Source of the DNA: an uncultured delta proteobacterium
Lineage (GTDB): Bacteria; Desulfobacterota; Binatia; Binatales; Binataceae
Reading direction: 5' to 3'
DNA: 64,000 nucleotides
Assembly: GCA_963711565.1 (NCBI GenBank)
Contig: CAVQEQ010000004.1
Span: 1,248,001-1,312,000 of the forward strand
Shown: piece after piece, positions 1 to 9,611 of the stretch
How the letters are laid out: each line of letters begins with the position of its first letter
How positions within the stretch are numbered: position 1 is the first letter of the stretch
The notes under the pieces: model-generated
What the model saw: only the letters and a program-made list of their open reading frames with translations
Told to the model about the DNA's origin: nothing
The model's database searches: none
Position numbers and translations under genes: made by a program

Positions 1-312
1 ATCGATATGCTGCTGGCGACCGCGCACTTTTATCATCACGAATCGTGCGGGCAATGCACGCCGTGCCGTGAAGGATGCGGCTGGATCGAAAAGATCATGA
101 CCGAGATGGAGGCAGGGCAGGGCAAGATAGAGCAGCTCGAGCTGCTCAACAACATCTCCGACAACATGGTCGGCAATACGATCTGCGTGCTCGCCGACAG
201 TATCGCGATGCCGGTCAAAAGCTACGTCACCAAGTTTCGCGACGAGTTTGAAGAGCACATCAGGCTCGGGCGCTGTCCGTTCAAAACTGCGTCCGCACAG
301 CAGGCTGCCTGA
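1..312 (+). CDS. nuoF: NADH-quinone oxidoreductase subunit F, C-terminal part (5' truncated by window)
   Basis: FYHHESCGQCTPCREG and GNTICVLAD N3 [4Fe-4S] motifs; directly upstream of nuoG. Confidence 0.95.
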   Translation: MDMLLATAHFYHHESCGQCTPCREGCGWIEKIMTEMEAGQGKIEQLELLNNISDNMVGNTICVLADSIAMPVKSYVTKFRDEFEEHIRLGRCPFKTASAQQAA

Positions 313-313
313 C

Positions 314-1900
314 ATGCCCAAGCTCACCATTGACGGCAAGGAAGTTGACGCTGACGCCAACTTGAATGTGATCCAGGCGGCCGAACTCGCTGGCATCGAG
401 ATTCCACACTATTGCTACCATCCCGGATTGTCGATCCCCGGCAACTGCCGCATGTGCCTGGTTGAAGTCGAGAAAGCACCCAAGCTGCAAATAGCGTGCA
501 ACACGCGCGTCGCCGAAGGGATGGTTGTTCACACCGAAAGCGCCAAGGCCAAGACCGCGCAAAAGGCGGTGCTCGAATTCCTGCTGATCAACCATCCGAT
601 CGATTGTCCGGTTTGCGATCAGGCCGGCGAGTGCAAGCTGCAAGACTACTACATGGATTACGATCAGCAGCCGTCGCGCTTTCCGCTGCCCGAGAAAAAT
701 CACAAGGGCAAGGCGATCGACATCGGCTCGGGAGTGATGCTCGATCAGGAGCGATGCATCCTGTGCGCGCGATGCACGCGCTTCTTCGACGAAGTGACGA
801 AGACTTCGGAGCTCGCGATTTTTGGGCGCGGCGATCACAACGTCATCGACATCAATCCCGGCCAGCCGGTCAACAACAAGTACGCCGGCAACGTCGTCAA
901 CATCTGCCCGGTGGGCGCGCTCACCGAAAAAGAATTCCGCTTCCGCATGCGCGTCTGGTACCTGCATCGCACGGCGTCGGTGTGCGGCGGATGCGAGCGC
1001 GGCTGCACGATCGACATCCATCACCATCGCGGCCGCATCTACCGCTTCAAGCCGCGCTACAATCCAGGCGTCAACAGCTACTGGATGTGCGACGAGGGCC
1101 GTCACAGTTTTCCCGCGCTGCAAAACGAGACGCGGCTCACGTCGCCGCTCGTGCAGGCCAAGGATCAGCTCGTGGTCCAGCCGTGGGGCGAAGGCGTCAG
1201 GCGGGCAGCGTCGATAATCGCGGATTACAAGCGCAGCTACGGCCCCAACTCGATTGCGGCGGTCGTCGATGCAACGTCCACCAACGAGGAAGCCTTCGCG
1301 CTCAAGCAGTTCATGAAGACCGCGATCGGCTCCGACCGAATCGCGACACTCAGCTGGTCGCCGCCGGGCGTCAGCGGCGACGACGAGTTGCTGATCCGCG
1401 CCAACAAGAATCCCAACACGCGCGGACTCGCGGCGCTCGGGCTCTCCGCCGACGGACTCGACGGCCTCGCGACTGCGGTGGCGTCGGGTGAACTCAAGAT
1501 GCTGATCGCGTTTCGCGCCGACCCGGTTCATGCGCTCGGCGAAGAGGAATTCGTCAGGCGCTTCGGCGCGCTCGACTACATGCTGGTGCTATCGACCGAC
1601 GCCAACGAGACTTGCCAGATGGCCAACCAGGTGTGGCCGATCGCGGCGTATCCCGAAATCGACGGCAGCTTTACGAACTTCCAGGGCCGCGTGCAGCGAA
1701 TCAACGCGGCGTTCCCGCCGCCGGGTAACTCAATCGCGGGCGTCGAGGCAATTGCTCGGCTCGGTCACGCGCTCGACGGCGTCGATCGTCCGCATACGGC
1801 CGACGCGATCTTCGCCGCGATGGCATCCGCGGAGCCCGCCTTCAAGGGTCTCAGCCTCGCGACGCTTGGCGAGCACGGCGCCGATCTCGCATCGACCTGA
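314..1900 (+). CDS. nuoG: NADH-quinone oxidoreductase subunit G (short form)
   Basis: ATG at 314 right after the nuoF stop; PHYCYHP-GNCRMCLVE, HPIDCPVCDQAGECKLQ, RCILCARC, CGGCERGC motifs. Confidence 0.93.
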   Translation: MPKLTIDGKEVDADANLNVIQAAELAGIEIPHYCYHPGLSIPGNCRMCLVEVEKAPKLQIACNTRVAEGMVVHTESAKAKTAQKAVLEFLLINHPIDCPVCDQAGECKLQDYYMDYDQQPSRFPLPEKNHKGKAIDIGSGVMLDQERCILCARCTRFFDEVTKTSELAIFGRGDHNVIDINPGQPVNNKYAGNVVNICPVGALTEKEFRFRMRVWYLHRTASVCGGCERGCTIDIHHHRGRIYRFKPRYNPGVNSYWMCDEGRHSFPALQNETRLTSPLVQAKDQLVVQPWGEGVRRAASIIADYKRSYGPNSIAAVVDATSTNEEAFALKQFMKTAIGSDRIATLSWSPPGVSGDDELLIRANKNPNTRGLAALGLSADGLDGLATAVASGELKMLIAFRADPVHALGEEEFVRRFGALDYMLVLSTDANETCQMANQVWPIAAYPEIDGSFTNFQGRVQRINAAFPPPGNSIAGVEAIARLGHALDGVDRPHTADAIFAAMASAEPAFKGLSLATLGEHGADLAST

Positions 1901-1913
1901 AACCACATTTGCG

Positions 1914-2801
1914 ATGCCGATGAAGACGCTGCGCATCGAGACACGCAACGGGGTCGGCGCGATCACTCTCACCCGCGCCTCCGAGTACAACACGATCACG
2001 CCCGAATTGCGCGACGAGCTGGCCGCCGCAATCGACCACGCCGACGCGGACCGCGACGTTCGCGTGATCCTGCTGCGCGCCGAGGGCCCGGCGTTTTGCG
2101 CAGGCTACGCACTCGCTGGATCGACACGCGCGCAAGCCGGTGAAGGTTCGCGCAAGCGCGTGTGGGACTCGGTCGCCGACTACGGGATGATCTCGCAGTA
2201 CGTCAACGTGTACATGAAGCTCTGGTACGCGAAGAAACCGACGATCGCAGCAGTCCACGGATGGTGTATCGGCGGCGGCACCGACATGGTGCTATGCGCC
2301 GACTTGATAATCGCGGCCGAGTCCGCGTCGTTCGGCTATCCGCCGTCGCGCGTGTGGGGCACGCCGACCACCGCGATGTGGGTCTATCGGATGGGCCTCG
2401 AACGGGCCAAGCGTTACCTGCTGACGGGCGACGAAATTCCCGCCGTCGAGGCCGCACGCATCGGACTTATCCTCGAGACGGTCCCCGACTCCGAACTCGA
2501 GGCGCGCGCGACCGCGCTGGCCGAGCGGATGGCTCAGGTCCCGACGAATCAACTCCAGATGCTCAAACTGCTCTGCAATCACACGGCCGAGAACATGGGG
2601 TTGGCGACGTCGCGGCTGGTGGGCTCGCTGTTCGACGGCATCGCGCGGCATACGCAGGAAGGTCTCGATTTCGTCGCGCGCGCGCAAGCGGCAGGCTTTC
2701 GGCAAGCAGTCCGCGAGCGCGACGATCCATTCGGCGACTACGGCTCCGGCCCGCGCTCGAAGAATCGCGCCGCGAAAAAAGCGGGGAAGAAGAAAACTTG
2801 A
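1914..2801 (+). CDS. Crotonase/enoyl-CoA hydratase family protein
   Basis: AFCAGYAL, KPTIAAVHGWCIGGG, LLTGDEI motifs; start at ATG 1914 or 1920 inside the longer ORF 1530..2801. Confidence 0.9.
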   Translation: MPMKTLRIETRNGVGAITLTRASEYNTITPELRDELAAAIDHADADRDVRVILLRAEGPAFCAGYALAGSTRAQAGEGSRKRVWDSVADYGMISQYVNVYMKLWYAKKPTIAAVHGWCIGGGTDMVLCADLIIAAESASFGYPPSRVWGTPTTAMWVYRMGLERAKRYLLTGDEIPAVEAARIGLILETVPDSELEARATALAERMAQVPTNQLQMLKLLCNHTAENMGLATSRLVGSLFDGIARHTQEGLDFVARAQAAGFRQAVRERDDPFGDYGSGPRSKNRAAKKAGKKKT

Positions 2802-2808
2802 TTTAAAC

Positions 2809-2861
2809 TGAAACCCGCGGTGGGTTTCACGCTTCCTTCGGCAGGGGTGACCCCCGCACCC
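2809..2861 (+). repeat. Palindromic repeat family B, copy 1 (TGAAACCC-N-GGGTTTCA plus GCAGGGGTGACCCC-GC)
   Basis: Near-identical reverse-complement copy at 31527..31579; two hairpins. Confidence 0.85.
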
Positions 2862-2914
2862 GGTATCAATCGCAAAGTTGCAAGCAGCGCGCTACTTTGC
2901 TCTCGGTCAGCATA

Positions 2915-2959
2915 AATCCGGTTCCCCTTCCCTCGAGGGAAGGGGTTAGGGGTTAGGTT
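2915..2959 (+). repeat. REP-like repeat family A, copy 1 (CCCCTTCCC-N4-GGGAAGGGG-TTAGGGGTTAGGTT)
   Basis: Four copies in the window: 2915, 5953, 21735, 35616. Confidence 0.9.
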
Positions 2960-3032
2960 CTTCGGGCGTGCGCGCGATCAGATCGCCCTCAACCCTTTCG
3001 TCAGATCTATCGCTCAGATAATAGTCAGCGCT

Positions 3033-3638
3033 ATGGCAAAGCCGCTCACCTCACAGGATGTTGCCGCGCGGATTCCGCCGGGACAAATCCTGACTGACAA
3101 ATTCCCCGTTCTCACTTATGGACCGACGCCGCGCTTCGATCCAAAGACGTGGGATTTCAAAGTCGTCGGCCTGGTCGAGAAGCAGCTTCGATTTTCCTAC
3201 GAGGAATTCCGCGCGTTGCCGCAATCGCGCGAGGTCGCCGACTTCCATTGCGTGACGACGTGGTCGCGGCTCGATAACGCGTGGGAAGGCGTTCGAGTTG
3301 CGGACCTGATGAAGCTGGTGAAGCTTAGTCCCGAGGTGCGCCACGTGATCGTCCATTGCGACGGCGATTACACCAGTAACCTGCCGCTGAGCGAGTTTAT
3401 TGACGACGATGTGATACTGGCGCATCGCCATGATGGGCGCGACCTCGAGCCGGATCACGGATTTCCGCTGCGGCTGATCGTGCCGAAGCTCTACGGATGG
3501 AAGAGCGCGAAGTGGGTGCGCGCGATCGAGTTTGCCGATATCGACCGGCGCGGATTCTGGGAAGTGCGTGGCTATCACAACCATGCCGACCCGTGGACCG
3601 AGGAGCGCTACTCGTTCCAGGAAGATCCCGAAGACTGA
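3033..3638 (+). CDS. Sulfite oxidase-like molybdopterin oxidoreductase (YuiH-like)
   Basis: DFHCVTTWS, HGFPLRLIVPKLYGWKSAKW, GFWE-RGYH motifs. Confidence 0.9.
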   Translation: MAKPLTSQDVAARIPPGQILTDKFPVLTYGPTPRFDPKTWDFKVVGLVEKQLRFSYEEFRALPQSREVADFHCVTTWSRLDNAWEGVRVADLMKLVKLSPEVRHVIVHCDGDYTSNLPLSEFIDDDVILAHRHDGRDLEPDHGFPLRLIVPKLYGWKSAKWVRAIEFADIDRRGFWEVRGYHNHADPWTEERYSFQEDPED

Positions 3639-3650
3639 CGGTCGGATGCG

Positions 3651-5276
3651 TTGGCCTCGACTCTGAATCGTCAAAAGAGTCTCGCGCGATTTCGCGACGA
3701 GGAATTCGATCTCGCGGTAATCGGCGCGGGTATTAACGGCGCGGCGGTCGCGCGCGACGCGTCGATGCGGAGCTTAAAGGTCGCGCTGATTGACCGCGGC
3801 GATTTCGCGGGCGCTACGTCGTCGCGATCCTCGAAGCTGATTCACGGCGGCTTCCGCTATCTCCCGCAAGGGCAGTTCAAGCTCGTGTACGAAGCATTGC
3901 GCGAGCGCGAGCGCTTGCGGCATCGCACGGCGCCGCATCTGGTGCATCCGATTCAATTTCTGTTCCCCGTCTATCGACGGCGCGGCTTCAATCGTTTCAC
4001 GATGGCGATGGGGCTGACGCTCTATGACCTGTTCGCGCGGATGCCGTTCAAAGAGTGGCATTCGAGTCTGAATGCGTCAGAAGTGCGCGAGACTGAACCG
4101 GCGCTCAGCCGCGAGCGGCTGACGGGCGGCGCGATGTACTTCGACGCATGGGCTGACGACGCGCGCGTCACGTTCGAGAATGTGCTCGACGCGGATCTGC
4201 ACGGCGCAGCGGTAGCGAATTACACGGCGGTCGAGAACTTCGGAATCGCTGACGGCAAGATCGCATCTGTCAGCGTGCGCGATTTGCTCGGCGGCATTCC
4301 CTGCGAAGTTCGCGCGAAGAAATTTCTGAATGCGGCCGGCCCGTGGGTTGACGACATTCGGCGGATGGACGATCCGGCGTCGAAGCCGTGCGTCCGATTG
4401 ACCAAGGGCGTGCATCTGGTGTTCGCGCGGACGGTGTTGCCGGTGCGCGAATCGTTGGTGCTCGCCGACGAGCGCGGGCGAATCGTGTTCGTCATGCCGC
4501 ATGACCGCTACGTACTGGTGGGCACGACAGACACCGACTTCACCGGCGATCCGGCGAGTGTCAGAACGGACATCGGCGACCTCGAATATCTGCTTGCGGT
4601 GCTGGCCGAGAGTCTGCCGGGAATCAAGCTCACGAGTGCCGACGTGGCGACCAGCTTTGCGGGCCTGCGTGCGCTGATTCGGGAAGAGAAAGCGGCGCCG
4701 TCGTCGGTGCCGCGCGAGGAAGTGATACTCGAGAGCGCCTCGGGACTGATCACGGTGGCCGGCGGCAAGTTCACGACACATCGCGAGATTGCGCAAAAGC
4801 TCGTCAACCTCGTGATGAAGCGGCTGGGGCGGTCGCCGGGAATTTGCCCGACGCTTACGACTCCGTTTCCGGGAGCGCGGCCGCTGGAAGCGGGGGACGA
4901 ATCGGGGAGCGGCGGCGCGATGCGAACTATCCCGGGCACGGCGGCGGAAATTCTCAAGGCGCGTTACGGGACGCGCGCGCCGATTGTCGCGCTGATCGCG
5001 GCACGGCGGCCGGAGCTGGCGGAGCCGCTGTCGCGCGGATGTCCTGCGATTGGCGCGGAGGTCGTCAACGCGGTCAGCAACGAGATGGCGCATTCGGTCG
5101 GCGACTTCCTGATTCGGCGCACATCGTTGTCGTGGCGATCGCCGGTCGAGGCGGAAGCGGCGGCGGCTGCCGTCGCGCGAATCATGGCGGCCGAGCTCGG
5201 ATGGGACCGCGCGCGCGAGGACGCCGAGGCCGCAAGCTTCACGCATGAGCAGCAGAGCCGGCGCGTCGTCGCGTGA
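3651..5276 (+). CDS. glpD: FAD-dependent glycerol-3-phosphate dehydrogenase
   Basis: GAGING, DFAGATSSRSSKLIHGGFRYL, TKGVHLV, GTTD, GGKFTT motifs. Confidence 0.92.
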   Translation: MASTLNRQKSLARFRDEEFDLAVIGAGINGAAVARDASMRSLKVALIDRGDFAGATSSRSSKLIHGGFRYLPQGQFKLVYEALRERERLRHRTAPHLVHPIQFLFPVYRRRGFNRFTMAMGLTLYDLFARMPFKEWHSSLNASEVRETEPALSRERLTGGAMYFDAWADDARVTFENVLDADLHGAAVANYTAVENFGIADGKIASVSVRDLLGGIPCEVRAKKFLNAAGPWVDDIRRMDDPASKPCVRLTKGVHLVFARTVLPVRESLVLADERGRIVFVMPHDRYVLVGTTDTDFTGDPASVRTDIGDLEYLLAVLAESLPGIKLTSADVATSFAGLRALIREEKAAPSSVPREEVILESASGLITVAGGKFTTHREIAQKLVNLVMKRLGRSPGICPTLTTPFPGARPLEAGDESGSGGAMRTIPGTAAEILKARYGTRAPIVALIAARRPELAEPLSRGCPAIGAEVVNAVSNEMAHSVGDFLIRRTSLSWRSPVEAEAAAAAVARIMAAELGWDRAREDAEAASFTHEQQSRRVVA

Positions 5277-5282
5277 ACTGTC

Positions 5283-5966
5283 ATGGTGGCGCGCGAATCG
5301 ACCGCGGAGGTGAAGAAGCGCGCGGGTAGAGTCTCGCGCGCGCTCGCGAAGCTGTACCCGACGGCGCGCATCAGCCTTGATTTCGAAACGCCGTGGCAAT
5401 GTCTGGCGGCGACGATTCTCTCAGCGCAATCCACCGACGCTGGAGTCAATCGCGTGACGCCGCAACTGTTCAAGGAGTATCCGGACGCGCGCGCGATGGC
5501 GGCGGCGGATCCTCGGCACGTCGAAGAGCTAATCGTAAAGACCGGATTCTTCCGGCAGAAAACGCGCTCGCTGATGGGCGCGGCGAAGAAGATCGTCGAG
5601 GACTACGGCGGCGAGGTTCCCTCCTTGATGGAAGACCTCGTGAAAATCCCGGGCGTCGGGCGCAAGACCGCGAACGTGATTCTCGGGCATATCTTCGGCA
5701 AGCCCGGCTTTGTCGTGGACACGCACGTGCGGCGGCTGACGTATCGACTGGGGTTCACGAAGAACACCGATCCCGCGAAGATTGAGATCGACATGCAGAA
5801 GATTCTGGCGGCGGAGGATTGGACGCCATTCTCGATGCGGCTGATTCTACACGGCCGACAGATTTGTATCGCGAGGAAGCCGCAGTGCGAGATTTGCGCA
5901 ATCGCGAACGATTGCCCGAGAATTGGCGTCGGGAAGTCGGTGCGTCGCAAGGAACCTAACCCCTAA
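5283..5966 (+). CDS. nth: Endonuclease III
   Basis: LSAQSTD, HhH PGVGRKTANV, VDTHV and CIARKPQCEICAIANDC [4Fe-4S] motif. Confidence 0.95.
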   Translation: MVARESTAEVKKRAGRVSRALAKLYPTARISLDFETPWQCLAATILSAQSTDAGVNRVTPQLFKEYPDARAMAAADPRHVEELIVKTGFFRQKTRSLMGAAKKIVEDYGGEVPSLMEDLVKIPGVGRKTANVILGHIFGKPGFVVDTHVRRLTYRLGFTKNTDPAKIEIDMQKILAAEDWTPFSMRLILHGRQICIARKPQCEICAIANDCPRIGVGKSVRRKEPNP

Positions 5967-5997
5967 CCCCTTCCCGCGCGGGAAGGGGAACCGGATT
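5953..5997 (-). repeat. REP-like repeat family A, copy 2 (overlaps nth stop)
   Basis: Reverse complement of copy 1; encodes the last nth codons PNP and TAA; lies between convergent genes. Confidence 0.9.
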
Positions 5998-6008
5998 TTT
6001 GGAGTAGG

Positions 6009-7265
6009 TCAGTCAGTAGAACTCAGCGTGTTCGCGCGGGCGATGTCCCCGAGCCATTTTGCGCTAGGCTTAGTGGTTCGCGCCTGCGTAGCGCGATCGA
6101 CCGCGACCAAACCGAAGGTTGGGCGGTAGCCGGAGTTCCATTCGAAGTTGTCGAGCAGCGACCAGTAGCAATAACCGCGGACGTCGATACCGTCGCGGAT
6201 GCATCGCGCGACGCCGTTCAGCGCGCGGCGCACGTACTCGATGCGGCGATCGTCCTTGTCGGTGCCGATGCCGTTTTCGGTCACGATCACCGGCACCTTG
6301 GCGATTGCGCTGGCTTGCCGGATTGTTGCTTCGAGCGCTTCGGGCCAGAACTCGTAGCGCATCATCGTGGTCTCGACGCCGGGCTCCGGGGGAAGCGTGC
6401 CGTCGGCGCTGATGCGGTTGCGCGTGTAGGTCTGGACGCCGATGAAGTCGTCGCCGCGCGCCGCTTCGTAGAAGATGTCCTGGCATTCGGCCTTGATATG
6501 ATCGCGACGAGCCTCGCCGCCCGGCACGGCCTGGAGGTCGCCTAGCGCGAGGCAGATGCCGACAGGAAATTTGCCGCGCGATGATTTCAACGCGACGGCG
6601 GCGAGTCGATGCGCCTCGAGCATCACGTCCCGCGCCTTCATCTGATCGCACATCAGGAAGGGTGCGAACCGATTCGGATCGGCGCCGATACGGCGCGCCG
6701 CGTCGGTGAGCCACGGCAAGCGCGACGGGTCGAGCTTCAGCGGCAGCGAACCGACTAGATACTGGTAGGCGCCGAGGTTGGCCTCGTTGAGAGTGCATGC
6801 GACGCCAATGAGGTCGCCGAGATGCGCGGCCGTCCGCTCGCAGTATCGCGCGAAGCGCTCGGCGGTCTTTTGATTTTCCCATCCGCCGTCGCCCGCAACC
6901 CATCGCGGGGACGTGAAATGATGAAAGGTTACGACCGGCGTTATCTTGTGCTCGTGACAGCATGCGAGCACGCGGCGGTAATGGTCGAGTGCGGCGCGCG
7001 AGAACTCGCCGGGCTCGGGCTCGACGCGCGCCCATTCGATCGAGAAGCGGTAGGCGTTGAAGCCGAGCCGCGCGAGCATCGCGATGTCGTCGGCGTACCG
7101 ATGGTACTGGTCGCAGGCGTCGCCCGACGGCTCGACGAACGGCGAACCGGGCGTGTGCTCGAGCACCCAGTAGTCGCAGTTGACGTTGCCGCCCTCAACC
7201 TGGTGCGCGGCAGTGGCGGTACCCCAAAGAAAGTTGGCGGGAAAAGTGAAACGCTCAGTGGCCAT
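6009..7265 (-). CDS. Glycoside hydrolase family 1 (beta-glucosidase-like)
   Basis: FPANFLWGTATAAHQVEG, YRFSIEWAR, TLNEA, VTENG, WSLLDNFEW motifs. Confidence 0.93.
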   Translation of the reverse strand: MATERFTFPANFLWGTATAAHQVEGGNVNCDYWVLEHTPGSPFVEPSGDACDQYHRYADDIAMLARLGFNAYRFSIEWARVEPEPGEFSRAALDHYRRVLACCHEHKITPVVTFHHFTSPRWVAGDGGWENQKTAERFARYCERTAAHLGDLIGVACTLNEANLGAYQYLVGSLPLKLDPSRLPWLTDAARRIGADPNRFAPFLMCDQMKARDVMLEAHRLAAVALKSSRGKFPVGICLALGDLQAVPGGEARRDHIKAECQDIFYEAARGDDFIGVQTYTRNRISADGTLPPEPGVETTMMRYEFWPEALEATIRQASAIAKVPVIVTENGIGTDKDDRRIEYVRRALNGVARCIRDGIDVRGYCYWSLLDNFEWNSGYRPTFGLVAVDRATQARTTKPSAKWLGDIARANTLSSTD

Positions 7266-7418
7266 CGCGGACCTACCTCAAGGACGAAAGATTTCCGACG
7301 CTACAGCGAAAGCGGCTGGTGCGCCAACCGGGATATTTGAACATCGCGCGCGAAATGCAATAATTCTCGTTCCACTAATCCCGTCCAGGGCGCTGCGTGA
7401 GCCCGTGAAAATTGAAAG

Positions 7419-7952
7419 GTGAAAATCCGAATCGAGGACATAACGGCGGACGCCAAAGAGCTGGTGTTTGCCGAGCCGGAGAATGAAATCAACCGTATCC
7501 TGGGTGAGGGACCGATCCGCGAATATCATTTGGAAGGGCCGGTCGAGGTGTCGGTGTCGTTCTATCGGGCGGGAACGGAACTGTTTTTCGCGGGCAAGCT
7601 GAAGACGCGGACCGGCGCGTTGTGCGCGCGATGCGCCGAGGATTTCGATGCGGCCGGCGACCGGCCGTTTCGCTTTGTGCTGTCGCCGAAGTCGATCGGC
7701 TACGACGACGACAACCTGCGCGCGGAGGATTTGGAATTTTCGCTGTACGAGGGCGACGAGGTGGACTTGAGCCCGCTGATTCGAGAGCAAGTCCTGCTCG
7801 CGCTGCCGACGCGCCCGCTATGCCAGGAGGACTGCCGCGGCCTGTGTCCGCATTGCGGATTGAATCTAAATCGCAGCACCTGCGAATGCCGCGTGGAAAC
7901 GGTCGATCCGCGACTTGAGGCGCTGCGGTCGCTTAAACTGCCGCGCACCTGA
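7419..7952 (+). CDS. yceD: YceD/DUF177 family protein
   Basis: CARC and LCQEDCRGLCPHCG motifs, DPRL end; upstream of rpmF. Confidence 0.9.
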   Translation: MKIRIEDITADAKELVFAEPENEINRILGEGPIREYHLEGPVEVSVSFYRAGTELFFAGKLKTRTGALCARCAEDFDAAGDRPFRFVLSPKSIGYDDDNLRAEDLEFSLYEGDEVDLSPLIREQVLLALPTRPLCQEDCRGLCPHCGLNLNRSTCECRVETVDPRLEALRSLKLPRT

Positions 7953-7986
7953 TAAACTCAACCTCAACATTAGGAAGTGATTCGTC

Positions 7987-8166
7987 ATGCAAGCACCCAA
8001 ACGCCGAAGTTCGCACTCGAAAAAGAACATGCGCCGCGCACATGATGCGCTGCGCGCCGTCAACCCCGGCTCGTGTGCCTCGTGCGGCGAGCCTGTGATG
8101 CCACATCGCATCTGCCGCCATTGTGGATCCTACCGCGGCCGCCAACTGGCCGAGATCAAGGAATAG
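7987..8166 (+). CDS. rpmF: 50S ribosomal protein L32 (absent from the ORF track)
   Basis: Translated by hand: MQAPKRRSSHSKKNMRRAH...CASCGEPVMPHRICRHCGSYRGR; between yceD and plsX. Confidence 0.95.
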   Translation: MQAPKRRSSHSKKNMRRAHDALRAVNPGSCASCGEPVMPHRICRHCGSYRGRQLAEIKE

Positions 8167-8184
8167 GCGCGGCGGAGTACGACC

Positions 8185-9597
8185 GTGAAAATCGCGCTCG
8201 ACGCGATGGGAGGCGATCTCGCTCCCAAGGCGACTGTTGAGGGCGCCGTCCTCGCAGCCCGCGACTTCGGTATCGAGGTCGTGATGGTCGGTGACGGCGA
8301 GATCCTTGCGCGCGAACTCGCCGACCACGACGCCGCCAACCTGCCGATCCGGATCGAGCATGCGCCCGAAGTCGTGCTGATGGACGACTCGCCGCTCGAA
8401 TCCGTCCTGTCCAAGCCGCGCTCGTCGATTCACGTTGGGTTGGATCTTGTGAAGCGCGGCGACGCCAGCGCATTTGTCAGTGCCGGAAATTCCGGCGCGG
8501 TGATGACGGCGTCGATGATGATTTTGGGTAATCTCACGCACGTCGATCGGCCGGCGATCGCGTCGCTGGTGCCGACCAGCGAGGGATTCAGCCTGCTGAT
8601 CGACGCGGGTGCGAATACCGAGGTGAAACCGATTAACCTCGTGCAGTTCGCCGTGATGGGAAGCGTGTACTGGCGGCACGTGCGCAACGTATCGCGCCCG
8701 CGCGTCGGGATTCTCTCGAATGGCGAAGAGGCCTCGAAAGGCAACGACAACACGCGCGCGGCCGCGGCAATGCTAGAGCAGATGCCGACCTACGTGCATT
8801 ACATCGGGTACGTCGAGGGCCGCGATATCAACCGCGCCAAGGCAGATATCGTCGTTACCGACGGATTCACCGGCAACGTCGCGCTCAAGACGATGGAAGG
8901 GTTCTCGTCGTTCCTGCTCGGCAGCCTGCGCGGCGTGTTCGGCGGGAACTGGCGCACGCGGCTGGCGTATCTGCTGGTGCGGAAGAATCTCACCGCGATG
9001 CGCGAGCGGCTGGATCCGTCGGAATACGGCGGTGCGCCGCTGCTCGGCGTCAGCGGCGTGTCGATAATCGCGCACGGTTCGTCGAATCCCAAGGCGATAC
9101 GCAACGCGATTCGCGCGGCGGCAAACGAGCAACTCGTGCATCACGTTAACGCCGAGATCCTGGAAATCCTTGCAAAGATTCAACCGGTTGGAACGATCAA
9201 GCCTCCGGCCGGCAAGGGGATCCGGGCACTGTTCGGCAAAATGCGCGAGCGGCTGCACCGCCGCGAGAAGGAAGCTGAGGCGGCCAAGCAGGAAGAGTCG
9301 CAGCCTGCGCCTGAAGCAGCGACGACGCACGAGCCGCCGCCGGAGCACGCCGCGGAGAATCATGTCGATCCCAAAATCGAGCGGGCCAACTACGAATCGA
9401 CGCACTCGCGGGCGCGCGGCAGCGGTTCGCTTAAGAATGAAGCGCGGATCGAGACTGCGGACGTAGCCGCGGCGCCGGCGTCAACCAACGGCACGGCGGC
9501 GAGCGCCGACAAGTCGCACAAGTCGGGCGAGCTGCATACGCAGAATGAACCGGAAGCGGACGCGCATTTGCCCGAGCGTCCAAAGAGCGATTCTTGA
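8185..9597 (+). CDS. plsX: Phosphate acyltransferase PlsX with long C-terminal extension
   Basis: IALDAMGGD, SAGNSGA, DRPAI, DGFTGNVALKTMEG, YGGAPLLG, HGSS motifs. Confidence 0.95.
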   Translation: MKIALDAMGGDLAPKATVEGAVLAARDFGIEVVMVGDGEILARELADHDAANLPIRIEHAPEVVLMDDSPLESVLSKPRSSIHVGLDLVKRGDASAFVSAGNSGAVMTASMMILGNLTHVDRPAIASLVPTSEGFSLLIDAGANTEVKPINLVQFAVMGSVYWRHVRNVSRPRVGILSNGEEASKGNDNTRAAAAMLEQMPTYVHYIGYVEGRDINRAKADIVVTDGFTGNVALKTMEGFSSFLLGSLRGVFGGNWRTRLAYLLVRKNLTAMRERLDPSEYGGAPLLGVSGVSIIAHGSSNPKAIRNAIRAAANEQLVHHVNAEILEILAKIQPVGTIKPPAGKGIRALFGKMRERLHRREKEAEAAKQEESQPAPEAATTHEPPPEHAAENHVDPKIERANYESTHSRARGSGSLKNEARIETADVAAAPASTNGTAASADKSHKSGELHTQNEPEADAHLPERPKSDS

Positions 9598-9611
9598 GGC
9601 GCAGGCGTTAG

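Noticed and set aside
1-1900. nuo genes ending at nuoG without nuoH-N
   Set aside because: Split nuo clusters are common, and the rest may lie upstream of the window
2941-2959. TTAGGGG units resembling telomeric repeats
   Set aside because: Only two units, inside a dispersed palindromic element within core bacterial genes; not a telomere or eukaryotic contamination
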